DNA of 64,000 nt from Candidatus Omnitrophota bacterium. Lineage in GTDB: Bacteria; Omnitrophota; Gorgyraeia; Duberdicusellales; 4484-171. Positions within the stretch are counted from its first letter, which is position 1. Each line of letters starts with the position of its first letter. The stretch lies in assembly GCA_043823745.1 (NCBI GenBank), contig JBDRAN010000044.1, positions 853-64,852 of the forward strand. Reading direction: 5' to 3'. Below are positions 47,065 to 58,284 of the stretch, piece after piece. The translations under genes were made by a program, and so were the position numbers. The notes under the pieces were generated by a model. That model was given only the letters and a program-made list of their open reading frames with translations, ran no database searches and was not told where the DNA came from.

Positions 47065-48258
47065 TTATTTTTTAAGATGTTCATAAAGCGCAAGCATCTG
47101 GGCACAGATTTTTTCTGGAGTAAAATTGGTCATGACGTGCGTGCGGCCGGCCTGGCCCATACGTTGGCGAAGCTCGCGATCGCTCAACAGGCGCACTATC
47201 GCGCGAGCCAATTCCTGCACATTTTTTGGTGGCACCAGTATGCCGGTAACATTATCAAGGACTGTTTCGGGCAAAGCTCCGGATGCAGCCGCCACAACCG
47301 GCAAGCCAAAAATCATTGCCTCGATGCATGATATCGAGAATGTTTCAAAATATGACGGCATGACAAAAATCAACGAATTTTGATAAAGCTCGAAAACCTT
47401 CGACCATGCAAGATGGCCTCGAAGATCAAGGTAGGGTGCAATGCCCAGTTCCTTAATAGTTTTCTGCAACGTTTGCTGCGTTAAAGACATATGCCGGCCG
47501 CCCGCGAAGATAAACTTTACATCAGGATATTGCTCAATAACATAGGGGATGGCCCGCAGGAGGCATAGTATTCCCTTTCTATATTCCAGTCTGCCCGTAT
47601 AAAGAACCGTGGGTGCGCCATTGGTGGGCGACAGGGAGCGTGATACATGCGGAAGAAAATCCGCGTCTATCGGGTTTGGTATAACGCGTACTTGTTGTTC
47701 TGGGATACGCAGCTCACCAGCGATCTCACGTGCCTGGAAATGACTCGGCGCAACGATACAGGCGCATTTCCGTAAACACCAGCACTCTATCATTCTCGAT
47801 AGTTTATGGCCGAGGTATATCGCTTCGCCGCTGAATTTGCTCATCGTGACATACGATCCGTGTGTTTTAATCACCAGGGGTATTTTCTTTATAAAAAGCG
47901 TAATCAATAAATTTCCGGTTTCTGACGACTCGATAACATCAATGGGATGTTTTTTTAAAATCTTTCTGAGGGCAAACCAGGCGCTTAATGCCCACTCAAG
48001 CTGGCAAATGATTGCCGATATTCTTTTTCCTATAACGGGAACCTTATGCACATAATAGTGTATGTTGCCAAAGGGAACGCTATAGACTTTTACGCCCGCA
48101 GGATCGGAAAACACATGTTCCCCGGCAAAAGCTTTCGCGATAATTATGACGTTGTGTCCTGAGGAAACAAAATTTTGTGAAAGGGTTTTAAGATATGATG
48201 CTATCCCTCCCCCTCCTTCTGTCCGGTGATAATCAATAGAAATATAACAGATATTCAT
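47065..48258 (-). CDS. GT4 glycosyltransferase
   Basis: GGGIASY, GRLEYRKG, ETFSISCIEAM. Confidence 0.92.
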   Translation of the reverse strand: MNICYISIDYHRTEGGGGIASYLKTLSQNFVSSGHNVIIIAKAFAGEHVFSDPAGVKVYSVPFGNIHYYVHKVPVIGKRISAIICQLEWALSAWFALRKILKKHPIDVIESSETGNLLITLFIKKIPLVIKTHGSYVTMSKFSGEAIYLGHKLSRMIECWCLRKCACIVAPSHFQAREIAGELRIPEQQVRVIPNPIDADFLPHVSRSLSPTNGAPTVLYTGRLEYRKGILCLLRAIPYVIEQYPDVKFIFAGGRHMSLTQQTLQKTIKELGIAPYLDLRGHLAWSKVFELYQNSLIFVMPSYFETFSISCIEAMIFGLPVVAAASGALPETVLDNVTGILVPPKNVQELARAIVRLLSDRELRQRMGQAGRTHVMTNFTPEKICAQMLALYEHLKK

Positions 48259-48974
48259 AGCGTAGTAGGGGGAGTGTGAGTATCTTTGGTAATAATGAAA
48301 AAATAGTGCCCCGATAAGAAAAGCTTGACGGCGTTGATCCGCGCCGGGGAGCTAGCGCATAGACGACCTAAAAAATAAATAAGCTTATTAATAATCGTCT
48401 CTCGGTTTACAGTGACAAAGCGTTTACATCGAAAAAGGGAGATACCGAGTATTAAGGAAAAACAATCGATGCCGGGCCTGATTTCCTTGACGTTCAAAGA
48501 AGCGTTCTTGGCTAACACCCATAACCCATACGGCGTAATATTTCATAAGCTACGGGAGCGATAGGGTTCAAGTTGAGAAACCGATCCTATCACATAACCA
48601 TTATGTTTTAAAACCCGGGATAGTTCAGATAAAACAATGTGTGGCTTCTCAATATGCTTCAGGACATGGTCCAGCACTACCATATCAAAGCACTCGTCAG
48701 GAAACGGCAATCTCGTGCCATCGTACACAACAAACGATGCATCGAGCCTGCGCCGGACGGGGCTTTCAGGAGAAGCAAGAATATCGCACCCCACATAGGT
48801 TGACGGTATGTTCTTGAAAAAATCTACATACTTTCCTTCACCACATCCTAAATCGAGGATCCGGGGGCTGGTCATGTTTTTCAAATACCCGTGGAGAATA
48901 TCACGCACGGATTCTATGCGCGCGCAATCATCGCGAACAAGGTCTCTTATCTCGGTATCAAGAAAATTAAACAT
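48255..48974 (-). pseudogene. Class I methyltransferase interrupted by in-frame TGA (48543-48545)
   Basis: LDLGCGEG, YDGTRLPF; ...LEPYRSRSL*NITPYGLWVLAKN continues in the same frame to 48255. Confidence 0.8.
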
Positions 48975-49009
48975 GCTTTTCCTCTACAATCAAAAAACGC
49001 ATAATCAAA

Positions 49010-50062
49010 TTAACAATTCAGTATAAACTTCAGCTCATGGACATATGTCTTGTCGTATTGGCCATCCATATCCTTAAGAGCATCGTAAGCGTCTTTGGCA
49101 ACACGCGCGCGTAACGGTGGATTTTTCTTTAGCAATCTTTTAGCCGACGCATCATAACCGAATTCAATTATGTCCGCGCCGATTTCTTTTGCTTTTCTGA
49201 TAAATAAGGCGATTTCATGAAGGTTTTCAGGCACGATAGTCATATGAAAAAGAACTTTACAATCTTTATTCAGGGCTTTCGCTATTCGTTTTATCATGAC
49301 GATATTCGCTAATACCTTTTCGAAACAAGAACCTCGATTAATTTTCTCGTGAGTTTCTTTTGTTGCCGCGTTAAGAGACACATTATACGATTTTGAATAC
49401 TGCACGATCATCCGTGCGAGGCGCTCATTCATGATTGTCCCATTCGTAATAAAGGAAACATCGCACCCCTTCTCTCCATAAAACCGAAATGCCTCTATTG
49501 CGCCCGGCATAAATAAAGGTTCGCCTCCCTGTATTACGACTGTCGTCGCGGCTGTCACCGGTATTTTATCTTTAATTTTCTCAAAGTCTAAAACCGGTAT
49601 GCTTGTATCCTGGCCCCGCTGCGGACACATAATGCAACTAACATTGCAACGTTCGCCGAACAAAAGCCAGATTTTGCGTAACTTGTCGGGCGCTACGCTC
49701 AAGGGAGGGCGCTGCGGCAAATCATACTGCCGCGAAGCAATGTAACATGCGCGCCGACAATGAAGCGCGCCGGCCAAACACCTCTTCCGAGATATTTTCA
49801 TCCTGCGAGAGTTCCATATTTCTGCCCACGAGTCTCGATAAATATTCCCGACGATCTCGGGCATATAATGGCAGCACGCATACACGTCGCCTAAGTAATT
49901 GATAAAAGTTTCTTCCCAGAGATGATGACAATATCTAATCGTATCTGGTTTCAGATAATACCGTAATCTCCAAAAATCACGAATATACCGTAAGCAGACA
50001 ATGAGGGGTTTATTCTTTTTCAAAATAAAAACTAATTTATTCTGTACGCGCTTAATCTGCAT
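49010..50062 (-). CDS. Radical SAM protein with N-terminal SPASM/Twitch-like domain
   Basis: CHHLW...GDVYACC...VGNI...AEIWN precedes CNVSCIMC, GGEP, TNG. Confidence 0.85.
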   Translation of the reverse strand: MQIKRVQNKLVFILKKNKPLIVCLRYIRDFWRLRYYLKPDTIRYCHHLWEETFINYLGDVYACCHYMPEIVGNIYRDSWAEIWNSRRMKISRKRCLAGALHCRRACYIASRQYDLPQRPPLSVAPDKLRKIWLLFGERCNVSCIMCPQRGQDTSIPVLDFEKIKDKIPVTAATTVVIQGGEPLFMPGAIEAFRFYGEKGCDVSFITNGTIMNERLARMIVQYSKSYNVSLNAATKETHEKINRGSCFEKVLANIVMIKRIAKALNKDCKVLFHMTIVPENLHEIALFIRKAKEIGADIIEFGYDASAKRLLKKNPPLRARVAKDAYDALKDMDGQYDKTYVHELKFILNC

Positions 50063-50156
50063 GGTTCTTACGCTGTATATTCGTGCAATAAAAATTATGG
50101 AAACATCACGGTGACGGACACCGTATGTTCAGGACGTGCAAGAAATAACCCGACCT

Positions 50157-52103
50157 TTACTTAGTATATGGTTCATGGGACAAGCGCGCAAAGAGACGAC
50201 GAAACCATGTATATAGCGCCCTTACCGTCGCATACCTGTCCGCGATACGTTTTAATGTATATCGTAGGTATTTGTTTTGCAACGTTTCTATTTCTTCTGC
50301 GGTCCAATGCCCCATTTTCAACTCGCAGCCAAGACAATCAAAGTATGGCTTTTTACGATTTACATGCCTACGGACACCTCTAAATTTCTTAGTATTCCAG
50401 AGAGCAATAAATCGTTCTCTCCCCGTCTTAAGTTTTGCGAGGTCGAGCTCTCTGCAACAACAGGAAATAGTACCGCGGCTATCAATGGCCACGCACGTCC
50501 ACGGTAAATAGCAAGCTATTAATTCCTTACGTGCGACGCCGATGCCGCTATTCTTCTTTTCGGGATTATACTTGTCTTTAAAAGTTATCGTTATCGGTAT
50601 TCCTGTCTGTTGAGATTTTTCCTCAAACTTTCTTATATAGGAAACGGTCTTCTGGGGGTCCTGCCAGAGGCACTCCCTCTCTTTCTCCTTTGTGAATGCT
50701 GTAAATTCTCTAAACAGAATTTTATCGACACCTATGTCTTTCAGGGCAAACACATCCATTAAATTCTCAAGATTACTCAGCATAACGCAAATAGCCAGAA
50801 CGATAAACGGCTTATTTTTTTTCTTTTCTTTTCGGTACTCCGCGATCAGTTTTATATTTTCTGCAATCTTTTCCCAAGGAAAATGCCTCGTTCTTGAATA
50901 AGCCTCGCCTATTCCCTCAACACTTATCTCCAGCGCATCAACATTCTCAGCAATGATATCTGCTTTTTCACGATCAAGCAGAGTAAGATTGGTAATAAGC
51001 GAAACCTCTTTTAGATGAGCATTATTTTTCCTGTCCAATATCTTAAAAAAATACTTAAAATCTTTGGAGAATAAGGGTTCCCCTATGTCCGCCCCCCCAA
51101 TTCTTACGTATTGACAATGAACCAGGATATTCTTCACGATATATTCCAAGAACTCTCGTGGCATATCCGTTGCTATGCCCGGCCGATCAGCTTCTGAGCA
51201 ATGCCAGCAACACAAGTTGCATCGTGAAGTGAGCGAAATCATTGCCTTTTCAGGGTAATCATACGAAAACGTATTGCCTGAATCATATTTTTGATTATAC
51301 TGCTGTGCCCAAAATTGGGGTTCATTGTTAGTCGTCGTGGGTGCAGCAGATAGCTGCATACGTTTCTCGCATTTTTGAGATCCATAAAAATACCGGCGTA
51401 TTCTGTGTGTAATTTTCTTTACCAAGGTAACCATTTCTCCTTTATATACATGCCTGGTTGCAGAATACAGTGCCCGGAAACGGTGAGCACCACCTGCGTT
51501 CTGATGTAGCGAATTACGCATAACAAACGATTGTTGATGAAACTCCCTGCTATGACTGCCCTCTGCTCTTTTGGTGAAGATAGCAGCTCGCTGAGGTATG
51601 CTTTTAATTAATTTCCACTCAGCTTCCAAACAAAGGAATTCCTCCAAGACTTTGCCTGTCCATATGTTCGTATCATCAACGATCAAGATGCCGCCGGTTT
51701 TCAATCCTGATGAAGCATAATACCAGTCGATAAAGGGGGTAGGAAATGCATGGCGACCGTCGATAAGTACCAAATCAAGATCTTTAAGTTGTAAGTGCGG
51801 CAATGCGTCTTCTGATTTTTGTACCTGAAAATTGATCTTTTCAAGTGAAATATTTCTGTTTTTACAATAGGTCACAATATTGATAACCTCTTTTTCATTC
51901 GGCGTAATACAGATATGGTGTGTCCCTCGAAGCGCAAAAACAATCGTACTAAGCCCTGCACCGGTTTCCAAAGTTTTTGAGGTTTCATCCACCGCATCAT
52001 AAATATATTGCGATAATGCGCGCACCAATTTGAAAGGAACAGGACTATCCGGCATGTCGCCTGGCAGGGCATACATCTCGTTTAAAAATTCATCAATGTT
52101 CAT
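50157..52103 (-). CDS. Methyltransferase - radical SAM - SPASM fusion
   Basis: LETGAGLST, LIDGRH, GGILIVDD; CNLCCWHC, GEP; CYLPW...GTISCCC...CLGC. Confidence 0.85.
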   Translation of the reverse strand: MNIDEFLNEMYALPGDMPDSPVPFKLVRALSQYIYDAVDETSKTLETGAGLSTIVFALRGTHHICITPNEKEVINIVTYCKNRNISLEKINFQVQKSEDALPHLQLKDLDLVLIDGRHAFPTPFIDWYYASSGLKTGGILIVDDTNIWTGKVLEEFLCLEAEWKLIKSIPQRAAIFTKRAEGSHSREFHQQSFVMRNSLHQNAGGAHRFRALYSATRHVYKGEMVTLVKKITHRIRRYFYGSQKCEKRMQLSAAPTTTNNEPQFWAQQYNQKYDSGNTFSYDYPEKAMISLTSRCNLCCWHCSEADRPGIATDMPREFLEYIVKNILVHCQYVRIGGADIGEPLFSKDFKYFFKILDRKNNAHLKEVSLITNLTLLDREKADIIAENVDALEISVEGIGEAYSRTRHFPWEKIAENIKLIAEYRKEKKKNKPFIVLAICVMLSNLENLMDVFALKDIGVDKILFREFTAFTKEKERECLWQDPQKTVSYIRKFEEKSQQTGIPITITFKDKYNPEKKNSGIGVARKELIACYLPWTCVAIDSRGTISCCCRELDLAKLKTGRERFIALWNTKKFRGVRRHVNRKKPYFDCLGCELKMGHWTAEEIETLQNKYLRYTLKRIADRYATVRALYTWFRRLFARLSHEPYTK

Positions 52104-52201
52104 TGGATTTATAATTTTTTAACGAAAAATTCCATATTACGGGGCATGGCGCGGTAAAATATGAGTTATATCAATGGAAACGCAGGATGCCTCGTCGAGT
52201 C

Positions 52202-54292
52202 TCACTTCGATTCCATACTATGCGCGCCAGAAAACAGCTCGCGCCGAAGGAATAAAGACCTTTTTGTGAAAGGAACTTCTAATTTTAAAAATCCCGCCGC
52301 ATTCGGATTATCGAGAAATTCTTTGCGTTCACTGGCTTCAAATCGTATGGATTGTTTTAGAAGCCCGGTTGCCAATACCATATTTATTTCATGTTGCTTC
52401 ATAAAAGCAGTAAAAGACTCATTCGTACCGACTCCCATGAGGCTTGTATAATTATCTCCTACGTAAATATCGAATTTACCTTCTGCCGTCAGTAAATTGA
52501 CTTTATCGCGTATCCGCAGTAACTTTATAAACTCTAGTGTCTTTAGATTGCCCTGCCAGTCATGATGCATTCTTTGCGTAGTTATCTTTTTTGGCATCAA
52601 ACCAAAGGAATATCCTACGCCTGAGGGATGCTCCACAATCGGATACGGCGTGAGTAATACTATACAAAGGCCTGTCGCAAAGGCTTTGACTACCCCCGGC
52701 CGCTGCATACAAACATTTTTGTTAAAAGCATGTGAGGCGAAATACGCGATAAGAATTATTATAATCGTGAGTTGCAAAATAAGGTAATGCTCTCGGGGAT
52801 AGACTACGAACGCTGACAGCATACTAGCCGCGGAGACCAGCAGCAAAACAACACCAAGATGTTTAAGGAGAGTATAATCGATGGTTCGAACAATACGTCT
52901 TCTCGCGACTACCAAACAGATACCAAGCGCCCCCAGAAAGAGGACATAGAATAACCGCATCACGGTATCCAGCGGCCGCCAACAGGAAGGATTGGGCTTT
53001 ATTAATAGCAATTGCATCAACGTTGGAGTATACCGATATACGTTATAGAAGACATGCCGCAAAAATTCTTTCGGATTATTCAATATTGCCGTAACAACAG
53101 TATTGGCATTACCAAAGGCACTTTTTGTAATGTCTACCCAGACCTCCCACGGGTCAACCAGACTATGGTGCCGCTGAACATAATTGATACTGAAATGCTG
53201 GGCAAATGACAGCCAGCTTTTGGCAATGGTAGTATGATCGCCTGTCAAACGTATCGGTTCATACGGCTTAGACTCCCACAAGGGATTACCAAAAATAGCA
53301 ATCATCGCGACGCCGATCAAGACAAAAGAAAATATTTTACTCAGGTGCAGACACGGCTTTCCAGATATTTTCACCGATGCTCGTAAATACCAAAACAGCG
53401 CAAGCGCACCCAGAAGAAGAAGTGAAACAAAATATTCTGGCCTAACGAAAGAAACCGTTAAGATGCCCAATCCCAGTATATAGTAATAATTTTCCTTTGA
53501 TGTGGTGAAGGTGGCAAGGATAAGGAACAGGAGAAAGATCGACAACGCATAAAGGGTAACCCACGTATTATCCCATCGAAAAACTCCTGACATCAAGAAT
53601 AAGAAAGAAGCAAGGGCCGAGATGAAAGGCATGACGTGGAGCCGTCTCAGGTAAATATAGAGCAACAGCGTTGTCGAAGAAACCAAGATTTTAAAATTCA
53701 TATAATAGAGTTGCACATAATCTTTACTGAAAAAAGACAATACAAAATACCAAACCGCATACAAAGGCGCCCACTGCGCATGCGGTAGCCCCTTAATCGG
53801 CAGCTTGATGCCTCTTTGTAAATAATACGTCTCATCCCAAAGGCTGATATCCATGATCGCTTCAGCGGAGTAGGTATATTTCATTACCGCAAGCATAAGA
53901 AATAAAAAGACAATTATGTCGACGCCTAATATCTTAACCATTGAACGCCGCTCCGGTGTAACGGACACCGCAGCACCATCGATGTCTACCGGGCCCCCAT
54001 GGCAGGAGGTTTTAACGGTACGCAAGAAATAAAGAATCATACATAGAAAAAAATAGACATAAACACTTACGAAAAGCGCCTGCTGGCATATCTCATCTCC
54101 TATCGCATAGTAATGTTCCAACGAATACAGCAACTGCGCTTCAATGACCCTATTCAAGAAACCAAACGACTCGCCGTGATACATCGCGGCGATGAGTTTA
54201 TGGCCAAAGCAGAGATATAAAAACCATCCCGTCAAGAGCAACGCAAGTAACGGCGACAGAGGGAGCGCTAATTTTTTTTTATCGTTGAACAT
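52202..54292 (-). CDS. Large polytopic membrane protein, GT-C-like
   Basis: Many TMs; DISLWDETYY acidic motif, RPE. Confidence 0.65.
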   Translation of the reverse strand: MFNDKKKLALPLSPLLALLLTGWFLYLCFGHKLIAAMYHGESFGFLNRVIEAQLLYSLEHYYAIGDEICQQALFVSVYVYFFLCMILYFLRTVKTSCHGGPVDIDGAAVSVTPERRSMVKILGVDIIVFLFLMLAVMKYTYSAEAIMDISLWDETYYLQRGIKLPIKGLPHAQWAPLYAVWYFVLSFFSKDYVQLYYMNFKILVSSTTLLLYIYLRRLHVMPFISALASFLFLMSGVFRWDNTWVTLYALSIFLLFLILATFTTSKENYYYILGLGILTVSFVRPEYFVSLLLLGALALFWYLRASVKISGKPCLHLSKIFSFVLIGVAMIAIFGNPLWESKPYEPIRLTGDHTTIAKSWLSFAQHFSINYVQRHHSLVDPWEVWVDITKSAFGNANTVVTAILNNPKEFLRHVFYNVYRYTPTLMQLLLIKPNPSCWRPLDTVMRLFYVLFLGALGICLVVARRRIVRTIDYTLLKHLGVVLLLVSAASMLSAFVVYPREHYLILQLTIIIILIAYFASHAFNKNVCMQRPGVVKAFATGLCIVLLTPYPIVEHPSGVGYSFGLMPKKITTQRMHHDWQGNLKTLEFIKLLRIRDKVNLLTAEGKFDIYVGDNYTSLMGVGTNESFTAFMKQHEINMVLATGLLKQSIRFEASERKEFLDNPNAAGFLKLEVPFTKRSLFLRRELFSGAHSMESK

Positions 54293-54311
54293 AGAGCGAT
54301 ACGTATCGAAG

Positions 54312-55439
54312 CTAGAAATTTGGATTGAAAACCTTCATCATACGTATTATTTCCCGGGAAACAATGATATTGATGAAATGCTTTAATTGTATTATCCACT
54401 TGCTACAGAATTCTTCCGTGGTCATCAATGTTCCCCCCACCATGATCATTGATGTGCCGACGGGTAAACTATCTTTCATAGAGAGAGCCTTGAGAACATG
54501 CTTCGGCAATATTTTCTCCATACAGTTTTGCTTTGTCAATCCTTTCTCGCACAATCGGAGTCTATATGATCTCTGGCATGGGCTGCACGACGTTGACGAA
54601 GTAATCGAAATAGATTTACCCTCTCTGCCTACCCAGGGATGCAGCAGAACGGGAGAAGAAGTGCCGTGTAATGAAATAATCGGCACTCCGCTGACTGCGG
54701 CAATATGCATTGCGCCGTGATCGGTGGTGATGAGCACATTGAGCTGTTGACATAAGCCGATAAATTCTTGTATCGAGGCCGTACGTTGGTATGAACAGCC
54801 CGTTAATGACACTATTTGTTCCATATTCGACCAATCACATGCTGCCCCCACGACGACAACATTTTCTTTGCCGAGTGAAGCAATAAGCGTTTGCCAGTGG
54901 CCCAGCGGCCAGCTTCTATTCTTTTTTGCCTGGAATTCAGTTTGCGCCGTATATATGCAACAACCTATTTTATTTTTATGTTCGGCGAACAAAGCGTAAG
55001 ATGGACGGGGGCAATAAAGCGCAGGGGTCTCGCCCGTATAGCCGATACGCCTGAGGAGCTCCATATTCAATTCTACCTGGTGCTTCTCAAAAAGCATATG
55101 CCGATACGCTGCAGTGACTTTTTTCTTCCAGCGTTGCGGTTCAGTCGGATACAAATGGCTCAATTCTATATAGCATTTGGCCTTTTTAGCGCATTCCTTG
55201 ACTGCGTCGGCACAGGAAAAAACCGGCATTACCGCCATATCATAGCCGGAAAGATCGAGTCCATCGGTAAATACAGCCGTGTGATCAAAAAGATTAATTC
55301 CTTCAAGCACCGGGTGATTGTTTCTTTCAGAAACTACATCGAGCGTTTCCTGAGGATACAGCCTGCGCAATGCGGCATACAACGGAGTTGCCATAATCGT
55401 ATCGCCGATCTCTTGAGGCGCAAAGGTAACAATCTTCAT
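54312..55439 (-). CDS. GT9 (heptosyltransferase-like) glycosyltransferase
   Basis: IGDTIM, RSWP, DHGAMHIAA, CSPC. Confidence 0.9.
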   Translation of the reverse strand: MKIVTFAPQEIGDTIMATPLYAALRRLYPQETLDVVSERNNHPVLEGINLFDHTAVFTDGLDLSGYDMAVMPVFSCADAVKECAKKAKCYIELSHLYPTEPQRWKKKVTAAYRHMLFEKHQVELNMELLRRIGYTGETPALYCPRPSYALFAEHKNKIGCCIYTAQTEFQAKKNRSWPLGHWQTLIASLGKENVVVVGAACDWSNMEQIVSLTGCSYQRTASIQEFIGLCQQLNVLITTDHGAMHIAAVSGVPIISLHGTSSPVLLHPWVGREGKSISITSSTSCSPCQRSYRLRLCEKGLTKQNCMEKILPKHVLKALSMKDSLPVGTSMIMVGGTLMTTEEFCSKWIIQLKHFINIIVSREIIRMMKVFNPNF

Positions 55440-55499
55440 CGTGGATTTATACGTTTAACGAGCACATAATACTGTGCCCTTTCATGCTTTACCATAGCT

Positions 55500-56483
55500 T
55501 CAGAAGATTTTTTTGCTGCTGTTTTTCTCTTTCGGTGAAGCTCGGTTTTGAACGATCAGCATACGAATTTCTGTTATGGCGCGGCCTATCGCCCGTATGC
55601 TTTCCAAAAAATTGACAGCTGCCTTTTTGCCATTCACGATCGCATAGAACAATCCTTTCCCGCTATACCACAACGAACATCGCATGTCATAAAGCGCTTT
55701 TTTAAAAAGCGCGATATTGTCGGTGCATTCATTTCCAAAATCAAGATAGACCTCTGTTACGCCGTCCCAAAAAATCCGTTTAGCCAGCCATGTTAATCGT
55801 TGCCGCTCTTGCGGAACTACATGATATACTATTTGTTTTGGATTGTAATAAATCTTTGCTCCCGACGCATAAAGCCTATGGTACATATCATTGTCCTCTC
55901 CGGAAAGAAGGCATGTCCCTTTCCTGCCTAGATATGTTCTAAAGCCGCCCGTACGCAAAAAGAATTCCTTATGAAAAGCCGCATTTACCGTGATCAGATA
56001 ATCATCTGCCCCGAGATAGCAGGGCTCATTGCCAAAATCATATTTACCTACTATAGTTTCATATTCGACAGGAAATTGCTTGCGTCGGGCGCCTTCCCAG
56101 GCAAGCTCCACTTTCCCCACTACGCAGGCGGGACTAGGTTGTACGGTCGTAAAAACCTGGACAATCTGAGTAAGCCATTCCGGTCCTGGTAATGCATCAT
56201 CATCAATGTATGCGATATATTTCCCACAAGCTTCATAAGCGCCGCGATTACGGGCATAGGCGATACCTTGCTGTTTTTCGAGACAATACGTAATGGCTAC
56301 CTGTGTTTCCTTGCGTACCGTTCCTACAACATCCCGCGTCGCATCGCTTGAATTATTATCAACAACAAGAATATCGAAACAGAAATCAGCCTTTTGTGCG
56401 GCCAATTCTTTGAGCAAACGCTCAAGGAACATAGAGCGGTTATACGTACAGATAATTATAGTAGTTAAAACATCCTGTTCCAT
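55500..56483 (-). CDS. GT2 glycosyltransferase
   Basis: IICTYNR, VDNNSSD, ARNRG, YIDDD, GED. Confidence 0.92.
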   Translation of the reverse strand: MEQDVLTTIIICTYNRSMFLERLLKELAAQKADFCFDILVVDNNSSDATRDVVGTVRKETQVAITYCLEKQQGIAYARNRGAYEACGKYIAYIDDDALPGPEWLTQIVQVFTTVQPSPACVVGKVELAWEGARRKQFPVEYETIVGKYDFGNEPCYLGADDYLITVNAAFHKEFFLRTGGFRTYLGRKGTCLLSGEDNDMYHRLYASGAKIYYNPKQIVYHVVPQERQRLTWLAKRIFWDGVTEVYLDFGNECTDNIALFKKALYDMRCSLWYSGKGLFYAIVNGKKAAVNFLESIRAIGRAITEIRMLIVQNRASPKEKNSSKKIF

Positions 56484-56666
56484 AGCAATTATGACGGTAC
56501 AGCGACGTGCCGGGTCTCGAGAACCTTTTCAATAAATTCTTTGGAACCAACCATAGATCATTCTTCTTTCTTACTAGCTTTTTTGTAGCCGACTGATTTT
56601 AAGCCGTTGCACACACCGTTCTCGATACTTCGCAGATCAGGGCGCACTACCAAGTGTTACGTGCTT

Positions 56667-58229
56667 CTAATGTATCCGTAGATATCTCGATTTCATTTTG
56701 CAAAGAATACCATCGATATACGAAAATCTGATGACTTTCCGCAGCGGTTCATACATAACAAAAAAACTCAGTATGCTTATGGCGGAATTTGCAAGCAGGG
56801 GCAACCGTTGGTTGATGAATCGATAAAACGCAATACAGGAATCGGTGACCAATGCTCTCGGCACATAACCGATTCTGAAATCATTGGCATCGCCTTCCAT
56901 TAGTAATATTATCCAATGGAACAATTTATGTGGTAGCGCTTCCTCTTTAAGAATCAAATATCCGACGGCAGAACCTGTGTGTTTGATTCGCGTGCGCACA
57001 TGAAGGCCCGCAGCATGCGCACGCTCATACAACTTTGTTCCCGGATAAAACGCCAAACTATTATGATAGAGGTAAAAAGGAGGCGGCAGCCTTTTTATCA
57101 ACTGGATGGTAGCAACAATATCTTCCTCGCGTTCAAACGGATTCATTCCGATAAAATCATAATAAATCTGTATAGTACGATATCGGGAAAGCGTTCGTGC
57201 TACCTCCAGAATTTTTCCAGTCGCTATGGGACGATCATAGATCGCACGATTGGTATGCTCGCTACCGCTCTGCACACCGACAATGACTTCACTCATCCCT
57301 GCCTCAAGAGCAAGCTTTAGCTTTTCCTCATCGAACGTCCAGGGCGAAATAAGAATAAGAAAAGGCTTATGGATTGCCGATGGGTACATGCGGACAAACT
57401 CCGCAAGTTCGTAAAAACCTTTGTCGAAAAAAGTATCGTCACTAAACCAAAAACTTTCTATTTCAGGGTAATGATTGCATATTTCCTTTAAATGATTAAT
57501 AATGTAATCGACCGAATAATGCCGGACCCGCGCGCGCCAGGGAAAACGTTCCTTAAGCGTCTGGTTCGAACAGTAGGCGCATCGATGCGGGCAGCCGCGT
57601 GAACCTTGGATAGGAAAATGTATGTACTCAGCATGCCAGGAGCCGCTTTTCTGTGCTTTCATGGGTATGAGCCGATTGTTTTCGAGGATAAACTGGTGAG
57701 ATATATCATAATCAGGAAATGGATAATCGTTAATATCTCTCTGAAGCGGACAGGCCTGATTCCTGATAATATCATTGTGTTGTTTTATCCATAAGCCCGC
57801 AACATCCTGGTATGATGCGCCGTGACATATGCGCTCTGCCAATGTTACGAGCATATCTTCGCCTTCGCCGCAACAAACCAGATCAAAAAAGTTCAGAAGA
57901 CTCTCCGGGTCTGCCGAAGCGTGAGCCCCACCGACAATGATGGGAGCCGGTAATTCTCTTTCAAGAATTTGTTTTACTTCAATCGCCTTCGCGACGCTAT
58001 GCGTCATGCATGAAATTCCTATAAGGCAGGCATCGCTACATATTTCCTTAAGATCATTCCAATGAAACCCATTATCGCCTGGCGCAAACGTCTGCATAAA
58101 CACAATCGTGCTGCTGAATCCCGCCTGAAGAAGGCACGAAGAAAGCGTCCGTACGCCGGTACCGGTGATGCATTCATCGGTACTTATGAGTACAATGCTC
58201 CGTGATTTTTTTCTCGGGTCCATATTCAA
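56667..58229 (-). CDS. B12-binding radical SAM protein
   Basis: GGAHAS, GEGE, SRGCPHRCAYC, DDTF, GVQSGS. Confidence 0.92.
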   Translation of the reverse strand: MNMDPRKKSRSIVLISTDECITGTGVRTLSSCLLQAGFSSTIVFMQTFAPGDNGFHWNDLKEICSDACLIGISCMTHSVAKAIEVKQILERELPAPIIVGGAHASADPESLLNFFDLVCCGEGEDMLVTLAERICHGASYQDVAGLWIKQHNDIIRNQACPLQRDINDYPFPDYDISHQFILENNRLIPMKAQKSGSWHAEYIHFPIQGSRGCPHRCAYCSNQTLKERFPWRARVRHYSVDYIINHLKEICNHYPEIESFWFSDDTFFDKGFYELAEFVRMYPSAIHKPFLILISPWTFDEEKLKLALEAGMSEVIVGVQSGSEHTNRAIYDRPIATGKILEVARTLSRYRTIQIYYDFIGMNPFEREEDIVATIQLIKRLPPPFYLYHNSLAFYPGTKLYERAHAAGLHVRTRIKHTGSAVGYLILKEEALPHKLFHWIILLMEGDANDFRIGYVPRALVTDSCIAFYRFINQRLPLLANSAISILSFFVMYEPLRKVIRFSYIDGILCKMKSRYLRIH

Positions 58230-58284
58230 AATACGTTTCCCTATGCCGCTTAAGCCCGCTCGGCAGTGCCGCGGTTGCTGTACA

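Noticed and set aside
48543-48545. Selenocysteine or genome-wide UGA recoding
   Set aside because: Context suggests Trp rather than Cys, there is no convincing SECIS hairpin, and TGA acts as a normal stop in several ATGA gene overlaps in this window.
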